Counted from the stretch's first letter, positions 27,112-37,116 are shown. The stretch is 64,000 nt of DNA from Candidatus Bathyarchaeota archaeon UBA233 (GCA_002507245.1 DAZI01000065.1:1949-65948), one strand, 5' to 3'. Notes: generated by a model from the letters alone, not told the origin. Numbers and translations are program-made.

Positions 27112-28782
27112 TTATTCTATAAACTTATGTCTTTTGCTTGGTTCCTGTGTCAGTGTGCGTTTTAGCGCTTGGATAACATTTTTTCGTCCCATTGCTATTA
27201 TGTAGGGGCCTAGTCTAGGGCCATGTGGGACGCCTATTAATATCTTGTAGAGGGTTTGGAAGAATTTTTTTGGTTGGATCTCGTGTTTTTTAGCTATGTT
27301 AAATATGGCGTTTTGAATTTTATCTGCATTTTCTTCTTTCGTTAGGGTTTCGGCGAGTTCGTTGATTGCTTCTTTTTCTGCTTGGCTTATTTCTAGGGTT
27401 GTTTCCTTTATTTCTTGGAAGTCCTTTATCCAGTTGAATGCATATTCGATTCGTTTTCTAAGGGTCGAATCTGGTTTTTCGTCGGGTTTTAGGTAGCGGT
27501 ATTCCCGAAGTTTTTGAATTAGGTATTCTTCAGGGCTATCTTTTGGTGCCACTTTGGCTAAGAAGGTTAGTAGATTATATGGTACGTGGAGGCTTGGTTT
27601 TTTCGGGGGTTTAAGTGCCCAGCAATATTTGTAGAGCCCTGCGAGTTTTGCCTTTTCCTTTTCATCTTTTATCATTTTTGTTCCGAAGTATATCTTTTCT
27701 AGTTCGTCAAGTTCGTTCATGTAGTTTGGTATGTCAATTACGTCAAGGGTTCTGGTGCCTATGAATCGTTTGAGCATAAGCAACATGAGTGATTGGGGTG
27801 AACCGTAGCGGAACCATGTTTGGGGCGTGAATACGTTCCCTGCGGACTTTGATAGTCTTTTTCCGCTTTTGTCTAGGAAAAGTTCGTATTTGGCATGGGC
27901 TGGTGGTTCGTAGCCAAGTATTTCTCGGCTTATCCTGTCATTTACCCGTACCGAGTCGGCTATTTCTTTTCCGTAAGCTTCGAATCGTATGTCTAACGCT
28001 TTCCATCTAACCGCGAATTCTCCTTTCCAGCTTAGTTTTCCTTCGCCTTTTGTATAATCCGATTCGCCTTTATGCCCGCATCCTTCAAGCCATTGACCTT
28101 TAACTTCCATCCCTTCGCAAATATATAGCACTTTGTCTTCTTTTGGCAGAAACTTGTAGGCTTTCGTGGTGTAGATCCGTCCGCAGTTTTCGCAAACCGC
28201 GAAGTAGGGGAGGGCTTCAAGAAATTTTTCTTGTCCTACCTCTTCTTTTACTATTTCGCCTATTTTTTTGGCGTTTACTAGTATCGTTCGAATCTCGTCT
28301 TTGAATAGGCCCTTGCGGTATACCTCGGTGGCTGACATGAACTTGTATTCTATTCCGCACTCGTCTAAAGCTTCTAAAAGTAGCAATGTCATGTGTTCGC
28401 CGTAGCTTTCATGGCATCGGAATGGGTCAGGGATGGATGTAACTGGGTGTCCCAAATATTTTCTGAGCGACTCTGGAAGTCCTACTGGAACTTTTCGAAG
28501 GCCATCTTTGTCGTCAGCAAAAGCTATCATTTCAGAGTTATATCCCTGTTCTCGAAGAGCGAGGGTTACCGCAAAGGATCGGGCTGCGTCACTTAGGTTT
28601 CCTATATGGGGGAATCCAGATGCTGCTATACCCATTTCGGTTCTAATAAGGTCTAAACTTCTACCTAGCTTCCGCTCTCTCTCGATTATCTCAACAGCCA
28701 TTTTGTCGTACCAAGTTCCATGTCCAATTATCTGGCGGCTCATATCTGTTCCTTGATTTTCGTTAATAATAAAGAGTGGCAT
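27112..28782 (-). CDS. lysK: lysine--tRNA ligase, class I
   Basis: ASGFPHIGNLSDAAR (HIGH-like) and KLSKSAGN (KMSKS-like), with a length typical of archaeal class I LysRS. ATG 28743 is an alternative start. Confidence 0.85.
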   Translation of the reverse strand: MPLFIINENQGTDMSRQIIGHGTWYDKMAVEIIERERKLGRSLDLIRTEMGIAASGFPHIGNLSDAARSFAVTLALREQGYNSEMIAFADDKDGLRKVPVGLPESLRKYLGHPVTSIPDPFRCHESYGEHMTLLLLEALDECGIEYKFMSATEVYRKGLFKDEIRTILVNAKKIGEIVKEEVGQEKFLEALPYFAVCENCGRIYTTKAYKFLPKEDKVLYICEGMEVKGQWLEGCGHKGESDYTKGEGKLSWKGEFAVRWKALDIRFEAYGKEIADSVRVNDRISREILGYEPPAHAKYELFLDKSGKRLSKSAGNVFTPQTWFRYGSPQSLMLLMLKRFIGTRTLDVIDIPNYMNELDELEKIYFGTKMIKDEKEKAKLAGLYKYCWALKPPKKPSLHVPYNLLTFLAKVAPKDSPEEYLIQKLREYRYLKPDEKPDSTLRKRIEYAFNWIKDFQEIKETTLEISQAEKEAINELAETLTKEENADKIQNAIFNIAKKHEIQPKKFFQTLYKILIGVPHGPRLGPYIIAMGRKNVIQALKRTLTQEPSKRHKFIE

Positions 28783-28858
28783 AAAATAAAAACTGTTTTA
28801 CACATAACCTTAAATTTGCAGTTTTGCTCTTCTGTTGATTGGCTAGAGAGGTATTTGC

Positions 28859-30268
28859 TTGCAAGTGGAGGATTTAATGGATAAAGCTTTGGAACATGCG
28901 TTAAAGATTGGAGCTGATTTTGCTGAAGTGAAGGGTGAAGATACAGTAACGCGGAGTGTTGAGGCCGTTAATAAGGAAGTGCGCATAGTTTCAGAAACTC
29001 ATAATGTTGGAATTGGTGTGAGAGTTTTCTACGGCAAGGGAATCGGTTTTTCATTTTCAAATATTTTGGATAAAGAAAAAGTCTGCAGTGCAGTTGAAAC
29101 TGCATTGAAAATTGCCAGAGCATCGGCAAGAAAAACGTTAATGAAATTTAAACTTGCGGAAGTTGAGGTGGTCGAAGAGAAGAAATCCACGAAGGTCCAT
29201 CTTCATCCGAGAGATGTTGCCCTTGAAGAAAAGAAAGATCTATGTTTAAGACAGTGTGAAACTGCTATGGCGGGAAACAAACAAATAGCAAACGTTACAA
29301 GTGCCTTTAAAGAATACTATGGAACTATATACTATTCAAATACTGAAGGTACGAAAGTTTCATATGAACCCTTGCTGATCGGTTTAAGAATCACTTGTGT
29401 AGCGAAAAAGGGGAAAACTATCGTAGATGCCATGGACTATCATGGTGGAAGCTTCGGGTTAGAGGTCTTTAAGGAAGTTTCACGCACTCCAGAAAAACTA
29501 GCTGAAAACGCGGCAAAATGGGCAATTGAAAAACTGAAAGCAAAAGCAGCGCCCGCTGGAAGATTTGAAGCTCTCATCGACCCTAGGCTCGCGGGGGTGC
29601 TTGCCCATGAATCATTTGGCCATCTATCTGAAGCAGATTTCGTTGTTATAGGAGCATCTCCATTAACAGGGAAAATCGACCAAGCGTTGGGAACTGAGAT
29701 GGTGACAATAGTTGATGAAGGCTTGCCAAGCAAAGGGGGATACAGCATATACTTTGATGATGAGGGGGTGCCATGTAGTCGTGTGGAAATTTTGAAGAAT
29801 GGAGTATTGAGCTATTATCTTCACAGTCGTGAAACTGCGAAAGCGTTGAAAATGAAGCCAACTGGAAACGCTAGAAGCCAAGATTACTCCTTTGAGCCTA
29901 TTGTGCGGATGCGGAACACTTACTTCGATGCTGGAGACTGGAAGCCTGAAGAAGCCTTAAGTGAGCTTAAGCAAGGAATATATGCGGTGGATACGGCTGG
30001 GGGCCAAGTCGAGGACACTGGAAATTTTCTATTTAAAGCTGTTAGGGGGTACTGGGTTGAAAACGGAGAACTGAAGTATCCCCTTCGCGATGTGGCATTA
30101 ACCGGAAATATCCTTGAACTTCTCAAAAATGTTGACGCGGTCTGCAACGACTTGGAAATATTTAGCAACCCTTTTGGCGGGTGTGGAAAAATGGAACAAA
30201 GAGTATTCGTTGGAACAGGTGGTCCTCACCTAAAAGTAAAGAACGTTTTATTCGGAGGAGCCCGTTGA
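28859..30268 (+). CDS. tldD: TldD-family metalloprotease
   Basis: HESFGHLSEAD metal motif and the C-terminal GGCGK...GGPHLKVKNV block. Confidence 0.8.
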   Translation: MQVEDLMDKALEHALKIGADFAEVKGEDTVTRSVEAVNKEVRIVSETHNVGIGVRVFYGKGIGFSFSNILDKEKVCSAVETALKIARASARKTLMKFKLAEVEVVEEKKSTKVHLHPRDVALEEKKDLCLRQCETAMAGNKQIANVTSAFKEYYGTIYYSNTEGTKVSYEPLLIGLRITCVAKKGKTIVDAMDYHGGSFGLEVFKEVSRTPEKLAENAAKWAIEKLKAKAAPAGRFEALIDPRLAGVLAHESFGHLSEADFVVIGASPLTGKIDQALGTEMVTIVDEGLPSKGGYSIYFDDEGVPCSRVEILKNGVLSYYLHSRETAKALKMKPTGNARSQDYSFEPIVRMRNTYFDAGDWKPEEALSELKQGIYAVDTAGGQVEDTGNFLFKAVRGYWVENGELKYPLRDVALTGNILELLKNVDAVCNDLEIFSNPFGGCGKMEQRVFVGTGGPHLKVKNVLFGGAR

Positions 30269-30270
30269 AT

Positions 30271-31716
30271 ATGGAGAAAATGTTAGAAATAGGGGCTAAA
30301 GCTGTAAATTATGCTCAAAAACTAGGAGTGGACGAAGCGGAAATTTTTCTTTACATGGAGAACTTTACTTCCGTAAAATTCGTTGGGGGAGTATTCGCTT
30401 CAAGAAGCGGTGCAGTTAAGGGAATAAGAGGCATGCTAGTGCGAATAGCTGAGCCATGGATTAAGAAAAAGGGAATCCCAATGATAACTAGCGGAATTAG
30501 GGCAGGCGTCGGAATAAGAGCGGTGATCAATAAAGCCATAGGGTTTTCTAGCGTTTCAAGCCTTGAAGAGAAACGTGTTTTAGACGCCGTTGAAGAGGCG
30601 GTTAAAATAGCGAAAGTTCGTCCTCCGGATCCAAATTGGTGTTCCTTACCTGAACCTGAAAAGCCTACTCATGAAGGAGGAATTTTTGACAAAAAAATTT
30701 CAGGCTTAGATGTTGAAGAGATGTTGCAGTTATGTGTAGATTGTTGTGTGGCAGCTGGCGATTTCGACAAAAAAATCAATCAAGCGATAACGGCTGTTTT
30801 CGCCACATCAACTTACTTTAGCATAGTCAACACTAGAGGTATCGAAATGAGTGATAAGGGAACTTTCTTCTCAGGCTTCGTAAGCACTAAAGCAAAATCT
30901 GGAACTGAAGAGGCGTCTAGCAGCGACTTCTTGACTTCCAGAACTTTCACTGAGGATGTGCGTTCTATTGCTATTAGTGCTGCCCAAAGAACCATGGAAT
31001 GTTTCGGTAGAAAACCCTTATCTAAAAAGCATGTAGGCACCGTTGTGTTTGAGAATATGAGTTGGAGCCAGCTTTTCTCAACGATTTTTGCATATGGAAT
31101 CTCCTCTTTCAACGTTCAAGAAAACCGTTCTATTCTTAAAGGAAAAATAGGTAAACAGGTTGCGAAAGAGGACGTGTCAATAGTTGACGATGGAACGTTA
31201 CCAGAAGGACTTGGAACAAGCAAGATAGACGATGAAGGAGTTCCAAGACAAAAAACTTTGATAATTGATAAAGGAGTTTTGCATGGTTTTCTTTACGATA
31301 ATTATTCTGCAAAACGTGAAAAACAGGAGAGCACTGGAAACGCCAGCAGGCGAAAAATGTTCGGGGCAGCTGCCTATGCTAATCAACCTAAAATACAGCC
31401 CTCAAACCTCATATTGCAACCTGGCAATTCCGGCCTAGAAAGCTTGATAAGTGAAGTAAAGGACGGTGTACTCGTAAAAGGCTCTTTAATAGGTGCCTTC
31501 CACTCTAATGTGGTAACAGGCGACTTTTCTGTAACCGCGGAAAATGTTTTCAAAATTCAAAATGGGACAATTGTCTATCCGCTTAAACCATGCACGATTG
31601 CGGGAAACTTTTATGCCGCTTTAAATTCCATCGTAAACCTCGGGAACGACTTAAAAAGCTTTCAAAATATAATGTGTCCATCTGTTGTTGTGGAAAAAGT
31701 TGTTGTGTCAACTTAA
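30271..31716 (+). CDS. pmbA: PmbA/TldE-family protein (TldD partner)
   Basis: MEKMLEIGAKAVNYAQKLGVDEAEIFL start at ATG 30271, 2 nt after the tldD stop. The ORF-track start at 30181 overlaps tldD and is unlikely. Confidence 0.75.
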   Translation: MEKMLEIGAKAVNYAQKLGVDEAEIFLYMENFTSVKFVGGVFASRSGAVKGIRGMLVRIAEPWIKKKGIPMITSGIRAGVGIRAVINKAIGFSSVSSLEEKRVLDAVEEAVKIAKVRPPDPNWCSLPEPEKPTHEGGIFDKKISGLDVEEMLQLCVDCCVAAGDFDKKINQAITAVFATSTYFSIVNTRGIEMSDKGTFFSGFVSTKAKSGTEEASSSDFLTSRTFTEDVRSIAISAAQRTMECFGRKPLSKKHVGTVVFENMSWSQLFSTIFAYGISSFNVQENRSILKGKIGKQVAKEDVSIVDDGTLPEGLGTSKIDDEGVPRQKTLIIDKGVLHGFLYDNYSAKREKQESTGNASRRKMFGAAAYANQPKIQPSNLILQPGNSGLESLISEVKDGVLVKGSLIGAFHSNVVTGDFSVTAENVFKIQNGTIVYPLKPCTIAGNFYAALNSIVNLGNDLKSFQNIMCPSVVVEKVVVST

Positions 31717-31731
31717 AAATAAAGGAGAGTT

Positions 31732-32073
31732 TTAGTCTCGCTTTAATGCCGCAGCTATGGCTATGGCGCCAAGCAGTATAGCTATCGCCGCAACGCTATA
31801 AACAAACGGTATCCCTCGAATGTTAAGCATCCAAAGGCTTCCTACAGCTGTGGTTAGAGCTCCCCAGCTGAAAGTGCTGAATGGTCCACGAGCATATTTC
31901 TTCGGGTATCTAATCTTTATTACCGCAAGAATCATCATCCAGCCGCCTAGAAACACTAAAATCAAGGCTGGGGATTCATTCCATGTGACAATTTGCATTG
32001 CAGGTAGTATTAGTGAAATGGCTAGAATTATTAATGCCACGCCATAGGAAATTAATCCAAGCCTTCCAGCCAT
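31732..32073 (-). CDS. small 4-TM membrane protein
   Basis: 113 aa, hydrophobic. Lies 15 nt downstream of the SPFH gene on the same strand. Confidence 0.4.
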   Translation of the reverse strand: MAGRLGLISYGVALIILAISLILPAMQIVTWNESPALILVFLGGWMMILAVIKIRYPKKYARGPFSTFSWGALTTAVGSLWMLNIRGIPFVYSVAAIAILLGAIAIAAALKRD

Positions 32074-32088
32074 GTTTTAACGCTTCTC

Positions 32089-33057
32089 CTATTTGATTTT
32101 GACTCCGCATTCGGGGCAAAACTTTGCTGAAGCAGGTATCTGGCTTCCACATTTTGAGCATTTTGTTATTCCATTTGGCGGCGCGGCAATTTTTGTTCCA
32201 CATTCCGGGCAAAACTTAGATGTGGCTGGTATTCGTGCATTGCATTTAGGGCAGATTATCAATGGCGCTGCTGGTGCTTGAGCGGGGCCAGTAGGCGTCA
32301 TTATTTGCGGAATGAGCACCATCCCTGCGCCTAAGGCTGCCCCAGGTGATTTTCCAAGTTCTTCAGCAGCTTTTTTCACGGTCTCCATTCGTAGTACCTC
32401 GGCGGGTGTGGCTCTTCCAGTGCGGAGCCAGAATAATCGTTCCCGATATTCAGGAGTGGTGTCGATTCCCTCAAATCGTAGATCTGTTAGTTCTAGTCCT
32501 ATTCTGCGAAAAGCATCTAAAATAGCATTTTTCACAGTGATCGAAGTTTCGTCTAATTTGGTGAAGACCGTTAGCAGGTCATACCTCGAAATTTCATCAA
32601 TTATCTTTTCATTAATGAAACCCCGTAGGTAATTGTTCACATCCGCTGTCGTGTAGGCGTTTTGGCCACCCACAACTTCCATAACGAATAGCTGGGGGTT
32701 TTCTACCTTGAACCAAAATGTTCCATGAATTTGTAAAGGTGCAAGTTCTGTTGTCTGCGCTCTTGTTCCATATTTTCCAGCGAAAACTTTTGTTGAAACG
32801 AATATTACATTAGCCTTGAATGGTTTTTCTTTGAAACCAGCTATTCGTGAAAGCAGGCCTGTTAACAAGGGTAAGTTTAAGGTTGTAAGTGTGTGTCTTC
32901 CAGGCCCAAAAACATCGTAGGCTTTTCCATCGCGGAAAAAGACAGCTACTTGATATTCTCGTACTATGAGTTGGGCTCCCCAAGTTATTTCCTCTTCAGG
33001 ATGTCTCCAAACAATCTCTTCTGGAGATGGGTTTTCCCATTCTATAACTTGAGGCAT
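32089..33057 (-). CDS. SPFH/band-7 domain protein with two C-terminal zinc ribbons (YdjI/COG4260-like)
   Basis: N-terminal SPFH-like region (LIVREYQVAVFFRDGKAYDVFGPGRHTL...). The tail is CPKCNARIPATSKFCPECGTKI followed by CSKCGSQIPASAKFCPECGVKI. Confidence 0.7.
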   Translation of the reverse strand: MPQVIEWENPSPEEIVWRHPEEEITWGAQLIVREYQVAVFFRDGKAYDVFGPGRHTLTTLNLPLLTGLLSRIAGFKEKPFKANVIFVSTKVFAGKYGTRAQTTELAPLQIHGTFWFKVENPQLFVMEVVGGQNAYTTADVNNYLRGFINEKIIDEISRYDLLTVFTKLDETSITVKNAILDAFRRIGLELTDLRFEGIDTTPEYRERLFWLRTGRATPAEVLRMETVKKAAEELGKSPGAALGAGMVLIPQIMTPTGPAQAPAAPLIICPKCNARIPATSKFCPECGTKIAAPPNGITKCSKCGSQIPASAKFCPECGVKIK

Positions 33058-33061
33058 TTCA

Positions 33062-33595
33062 CTACCTTACCCCTTGAATTATTTCAGCTCGCTGATCAAA
33101 TGTTTGTTCCAGTCCTTCTATTAGTTCTCGTAGCTTCTGAACATGTTCTTTTGCTCTCTCGTATTTTTGTTTCACGATTTCCATCTTGAAAATCTTCCCA
33201 GCTTCAGATATTTTCTGCATCTCTTCTAAAAGTCTAGCGTCAAAGCTTATTATACGATCTAAGTCGTCTTCTTCAATTTTAACTGCATCGAAGAAGCCTG
33301 CGTAACCGTAAGTAGCATGATTTATTTTTTCAGCTAAACGGTCAAATTTCATGACAAGTTTATCTAGATCATCTAAGACTTCATATATTCGTTGTTTGGA
33401 GAGTTCTTGGAAGGCGGCTTTCACGTTGTTTTTAGCTTCGATAAGTATATTATAAACATGGTTTCGAATTAGCTTGTCTGCTTCTCTTCGAAGTTCTTTC
33501 TCTTTGTATCCTCTGAAGCCTGGGAGCTCTGCAAGTATTCGCTCAGACAATCGCATTTCACTTTTAACTTTTTCGTAAGTTTTATTTTCGACCAA
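33062..33595 (-). CDS. all-helical coiled-coil protein, unknown family
   Basis: 177 aa rich in heptad-like E/K/L repeats. Its stop lies 4 nt before the SPFH start. Confidence 0.4.
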   Translation of the reverse strand: MVENKTYEKVKSEMRLSERILAELPGFRGYKEKELRREADKLIRNHVYNILIEAKNNVKAAFQELSKQRIYEVLDDLDKLVMKFDRLAEKINHATYGYAGFFDAVKIEEDDLDRIISFDARLLEEMQKISEAGKIFKMEIVKQKYERAKEHVQKLRELIEGLEQTFDQRAEIIQGVR

Positions 33596-33737
33596 AACTT
33601 TTCCTCGCTTTCTATATAAGCAGTAATAAAGTTGGTTAGGGTTGCTTTTAAAGTTTCACTAGTGTAAAAAGAAAACTACCTTTTTTACTTTCTCCTTATC
33701 TTATAAAAAAGAAGGAATATGGACGGGGGGTATGCTA

Positions 33738-36173
33738 TTATTCGAAGTATACCGTTAATCTATAAAAGTCACTACAAGTGTACACCGTATATCCGCTGAC
33801 TAATACGTAGATGTCAACTGGGTTATCTAAGACGACTCTCTCAGGCGAGTTTAGCGTTGCCCCCTCTAGGGCTACAAACCATTCGGTTCCATTGAACCAT
33901 TGAACAATAAGATCAAGGTCATTTGTTGGATAGGCGGCCCAGCTAAATAGCCATGAGAGTTCAATTATTGCTTTTCCCGTACCTTCTGGAACTTCTACAT
34001 GTACCCAGTCTGTTGTTTCTCCCTCTGTTATGCATCCAACCATGCTAAAGTCAGGCTTCGCGGGTTTCTTGGCCTTTACAACTATTTCTATATCAGCTGA
34101 TATTTCGTCGTAACTTGTCCAGTCGTTTTCAATTACTATTTTTATGTATCCTGGCTCTATTGGCGCCAAACGAGTTGTCGGATCCCAGTATACTCCGGTT
34201 ACTTCTCCAGTCCATACTGTTTCAAAATCGGTGATTAGGAAGGAAGCGTCTCCCCATACATTTGCGGTATCAATGAAGTATGCATACATTGTCCGTTTGG
34301 CGCTCTGAATATATACTTCAAAGCTGTTAATTCCAAACGGGTTCTCTTCACCGAGGAAGACGTTAGACAATGTTAGTTCTATGGACTCAGTCCAATGGCC
34401 TACGTAGAATATAAACTCGACCTTGTGTCCTGGCGCTAGATTCTCGACTGATGTGGAATATCTTCCCTTCACAACTATTGGTACATTTATTATCGGTTCA
34501 AGCCATGCCCATTCTGGAAGCTCAGGAGCTGCATCCCCAAGTGAATCATCTGCTTTAAGTGCTTCTAAGGAGTTGAATGCATTCAAGTATCCGGCTCCCT
34601 GATCTCTTGTATCGTATCCTTCAAGCCAAACTGCTCCTTGTGTAATGGCTTGTTTGTAATCTTCTGGGCTTGCTAGATCTTCGCCTAAAGTGATTTCAGC
34701 ATAACTATTAAGTAGAGCTACTGCACCGGAAACCGCTGGTGTCGCCATTGAGGTGCCAGAGGCAAATCCTAATCCTTGCGGATTTGCCTCACTGGGAAGG
34801 GCTGAGAGTACAAATATTCCTGTAGCGGATACTGTTGGTTTGCATCTTCCGTCAGAGGTTGGTCCACGGCCACTGAAGGCGTAGATCTGCGGAGTTTCAC
34901 TTGTAAATAGATAATATCCTACCCCTGGTATTCCATAGTAATACTCCCAAAACACTCTGGTGTTAACTGGGTTGGCTGCTGCACCTACCGTTATCGCTGT
35001 GTTGGCTGAGCCAGGGCTTGATATTGTCATTGTGGCTGGTCCTTCATTTCCAGCAGCTGCGACCAAAGTTATGCCTACTGAAGTTGCATAATCCATTAGT
35101 TGGTCGTATGGGTCTCTTCCATCATACAAGGTGGCGCCGCCGATGCTCATGCTGATGATGTCAACGTCATATCCCTTTTCGATTTTTAGTGATATAGCGT
35201 ATTCCACTGCTTCCATAATCTTCCATTCAGGTACGCCTGCGCCAGTGTGGTCAAAGATCTTGATTATGTATAACTCTGCTAAAGGAGCCATCCCAAGAAG
35301 CCATATGACTTTAGTGTCTGGATAGCCGTATGGGTCTCCAGGTGGTAGTGGGGCGCCTGTATATCGCTCTATTGCTACTGCTAATGGGTCATCAGCTGGC
35401 ACTATTATGCCGCCGGTGCTTGCCAGTATTCCCGCTACGTGGCTTCCGTGGTAATGATTCCATGGGGCGCTCCAGCCCTCATAGGGCGTTCCAACATCAA
35501 AGCTAAGGTCTACTCCTCCAATTATGTTAGTGCCAGCAAACATAAAGTGTCCAGCCCATATTCCAGTGTCTATGATTACAGCTAGAGATCCCTGTCCCAT
35601 GTAGCCTTCAGCCCATACTGGGGTAGCTGCCATAGCAGTGGGGTTCCAATAGGTGCTAGGTTCTAGGGATGTTAAAATTTCAGTTGTTGCAGTTATCGTT
35701 TCAAAGTTGTTTTTTAGAAACAGTGCTTCTTCTTTGAAGGTGTCGAAGGCGTTTGGGTCTACGTTAAATTTGCCGCTAGATAATGGTCTTTCTTGGTCAT
35801 AGTATATCTTCACAATTTCGTCAATAGTAATCAGTTTAGAAAGTTTGTCCGGCGGGATGGAGGCTGCAATGGCATTTACATACTTATATTCATAGTTTAT
35901 TGTGCCTCCCATATTTTCAATTGTCGATGTTATTGTGGAGTAATCATTTGTCTTTGTTTCGATTATCACATTTATTGGGTTGTCGCCAGCTAGTGTAATC
36001 TTTTCCATTAATATCGGAGAGATTTTTGTCATGTCAAGTGGCGATGTAAGTGTAGTTACACTTATCGGTAGCAACATGCTAGTCATAAGCACTGAAACAG
36101 CGATCAAGCTAAACAGATTACTAAACGAAAAGTTTCTATTCATTAACATGTTCCTTTCCCTTCTCTTTTGCAA
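33738..36173 (-). CDS. secreted subtilisin-like serine protease (peptidase S8) with I9 propeptide and C-terminal beta-sandwich domains
   Basis: Signal/anchor sequence, then an I9-like propeptide. Catalytic D (AVIIDTGI), H (HGSHVAGILAS) and S (SGTSMATPAVSGAVALL). Confidence 0.85.
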   Translation of the reverse strand: MQKRRERNMLMNRNFSFSNLFSLIAVSVLMTSMLLPISVTTLTSPLDMTKISPILMEKITLAGDNPINVIIETKTNDYSTITSTIENMGGTINYEYKYVNAIAASIPPDKLSKLITIDEIVKIYYDQERPLSSGKFNVDPNAFDTFKEEALFLKNNFETITATTEILTSLEPSTYWNPTAMAATPVWAEGYMGQGSLAVIIDTGIWAGHFMFAGTNIIGGVDLSFDVGTPYEGWSAPWNHYHGSHVAGILASTGGIIVPADDPLAVAIERYTGAPLPPGDPYGYPDTKVIWLLGMAPLAELYIIKIFDHTGAGVPEWKIMEAVEYAISLKIEKGYDVDIISMSIGGATLYDGRDPYDQLMDYATSVGITLVAAAGNEGPATMTISSPGSANTAITVGAAANPVNTRVFWEYYYGIPGVGYYLFTSETPQIYAFSGRGPTSDGRCKPTVSATGIFVLSALPSEANPQGLGFASGTSMATPAVSGAVALLNSYAEITLGEDLASPEDYKQAITQGAVWLEGYDTRDQGAGYLNAFNSLEALKADDSLGDAAPELPEWAWLEPIINVPIVVKGRYSTSVENLAPGHKVEFIFYVGHWTESIELTLSNVFLGEENPFGINSFEVYIQSAKRTMYAYFIDTANVWGDASFLITDFETVWTGEVTGVYWDPTTRLAPIEPGYIKIVIENDWTSYDEISADIEIVVKAKKPAKPDFSMVGCITEGETTDWVHVEVPEGTGKAIIELSWLFSWAAYPTNDLDLIVQWFNGTEWFVALEGATLNSPERVVLDNPVDIYVLVSGYTVYTCSDFYRLTVYFE

Positions 36174-36272
36174 TTTTTATAGGTTTCAATTGGGATATAA
36201 TTCTTGTGAAATGTTTTTCTAGTATCAATGATAGAAGGGCTTGTATGGCTAGTTTAATAATTTTTAATGTTT

Positions 36273-37022
36273 TTAGAAAAGTCCGAAGCTTGGTGGCGGG
36301 ATATCGCCTTTAATTATTGCTCCTGTGGCTCCATCCATTATCACTCTGTATCTTTCGTTTTTGTATTCGTACTCCATGAACCAGATAGGGGCATGTAAGT
36401 AAACTGCATCTTCTATTTGGAACTCTGTTCGAGCTTCAATTATCCTATCTATGTCCTGTTTAATTAGAAATTTATGGAATTCTTCTATCTCTTGTTTAGC
36501 TTTGGTGACTGCTTCGACGCGATCCATCTCGCTGTTCAAAACTTTTGCAAACTTTTCTATTTTTCGAAAGTCGTAAGGAATTTTCCCTTTAAGTGGGACG
36601 TCGTATTCTCGTGTTGGAAATTCTGTTGCCTTACGGGCTAAGATGAGCCAGCTGTAATGCTTCTCTATTTTTCCTTCCTTAACAATTGGTGGTGATATAC
36701 GTTCGAAGATTCCTTTGTATTGCGTGATTACATTAATTGTTATTATCCAAAACGGCAAGTAAACAAGATTTTTCTCTAAAATTTTCGATTTTGCAAAGTC
36801 TCGTGGTTTGAGAAAACCAGATGACATCCAGTTTCGAATAGTGTCTTCTGCCTGCTCCGGGGTATACTTGTTGAGAAGCATGGAATGTTCGAAGACGAAG
36901 GCTTTTCCGGTTTCGATGACAACTGTGTAACCACAATATTTACATGTAGCGATTATTTCACCTGGTTTAAATTCTATTGGCGCACCGCAATTTGAACATT
37001 TTATTTCCTTCACTATGGACAT
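36273..37022 (-). CDS. N-terminal zinc-ribbon protein, unknown function
   Basis: CSNCGAPIEFKPGEIIATCKYCGYTV, then YLPFW and a C-terminal PIWFMEYEYKNERYRVIMDGATGAIIKGDIP block. Confidence 0.45.
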   Translation of the reverse strand: MSIVKEIKCSNCGAPIEFKPGEIIATCKYCGYTVVIETGKAFVFEHSMLLNKYTPEQAEDTIRNWMSSGFLKPRDFAKSKILEKNLVYLPFWIITINVITQYKGIFERISPPIVKEGKIEKHYSWLILARKATEFPTREYDVPLKGKIPYDFRKIEKFAKVLNSEMDRVEAVTKAKQEIEEFHKFLIKQDIDRIIEARTEFQIEDAVYLHAPIWFMEYEYKNERYRVIMDGATGAIIKGDIPPPSFGLF

Positions 37023-37116
37023 CGAGTAAGCATCACGTCCCTTTGTTTTACCTACCTCTTAAGGTCTAGAAAAGCTTAACTTAAGCTTGAACTTTTCTCT
37101 AATCTGAGGAATACTA

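Noticed and set aside
30181-30270. Long N-terminal extension of pmbA overlapping tldD by 88 nt (ORF-track start 30181)
   Set aside because: The extension (MWKNGTKSIRWNRWSSPKSKERFIRRSPLN) is out-of-frame tldD sequence. ATG 30271, directly after the tldD stop, gives a typical PmbA N-terminus.
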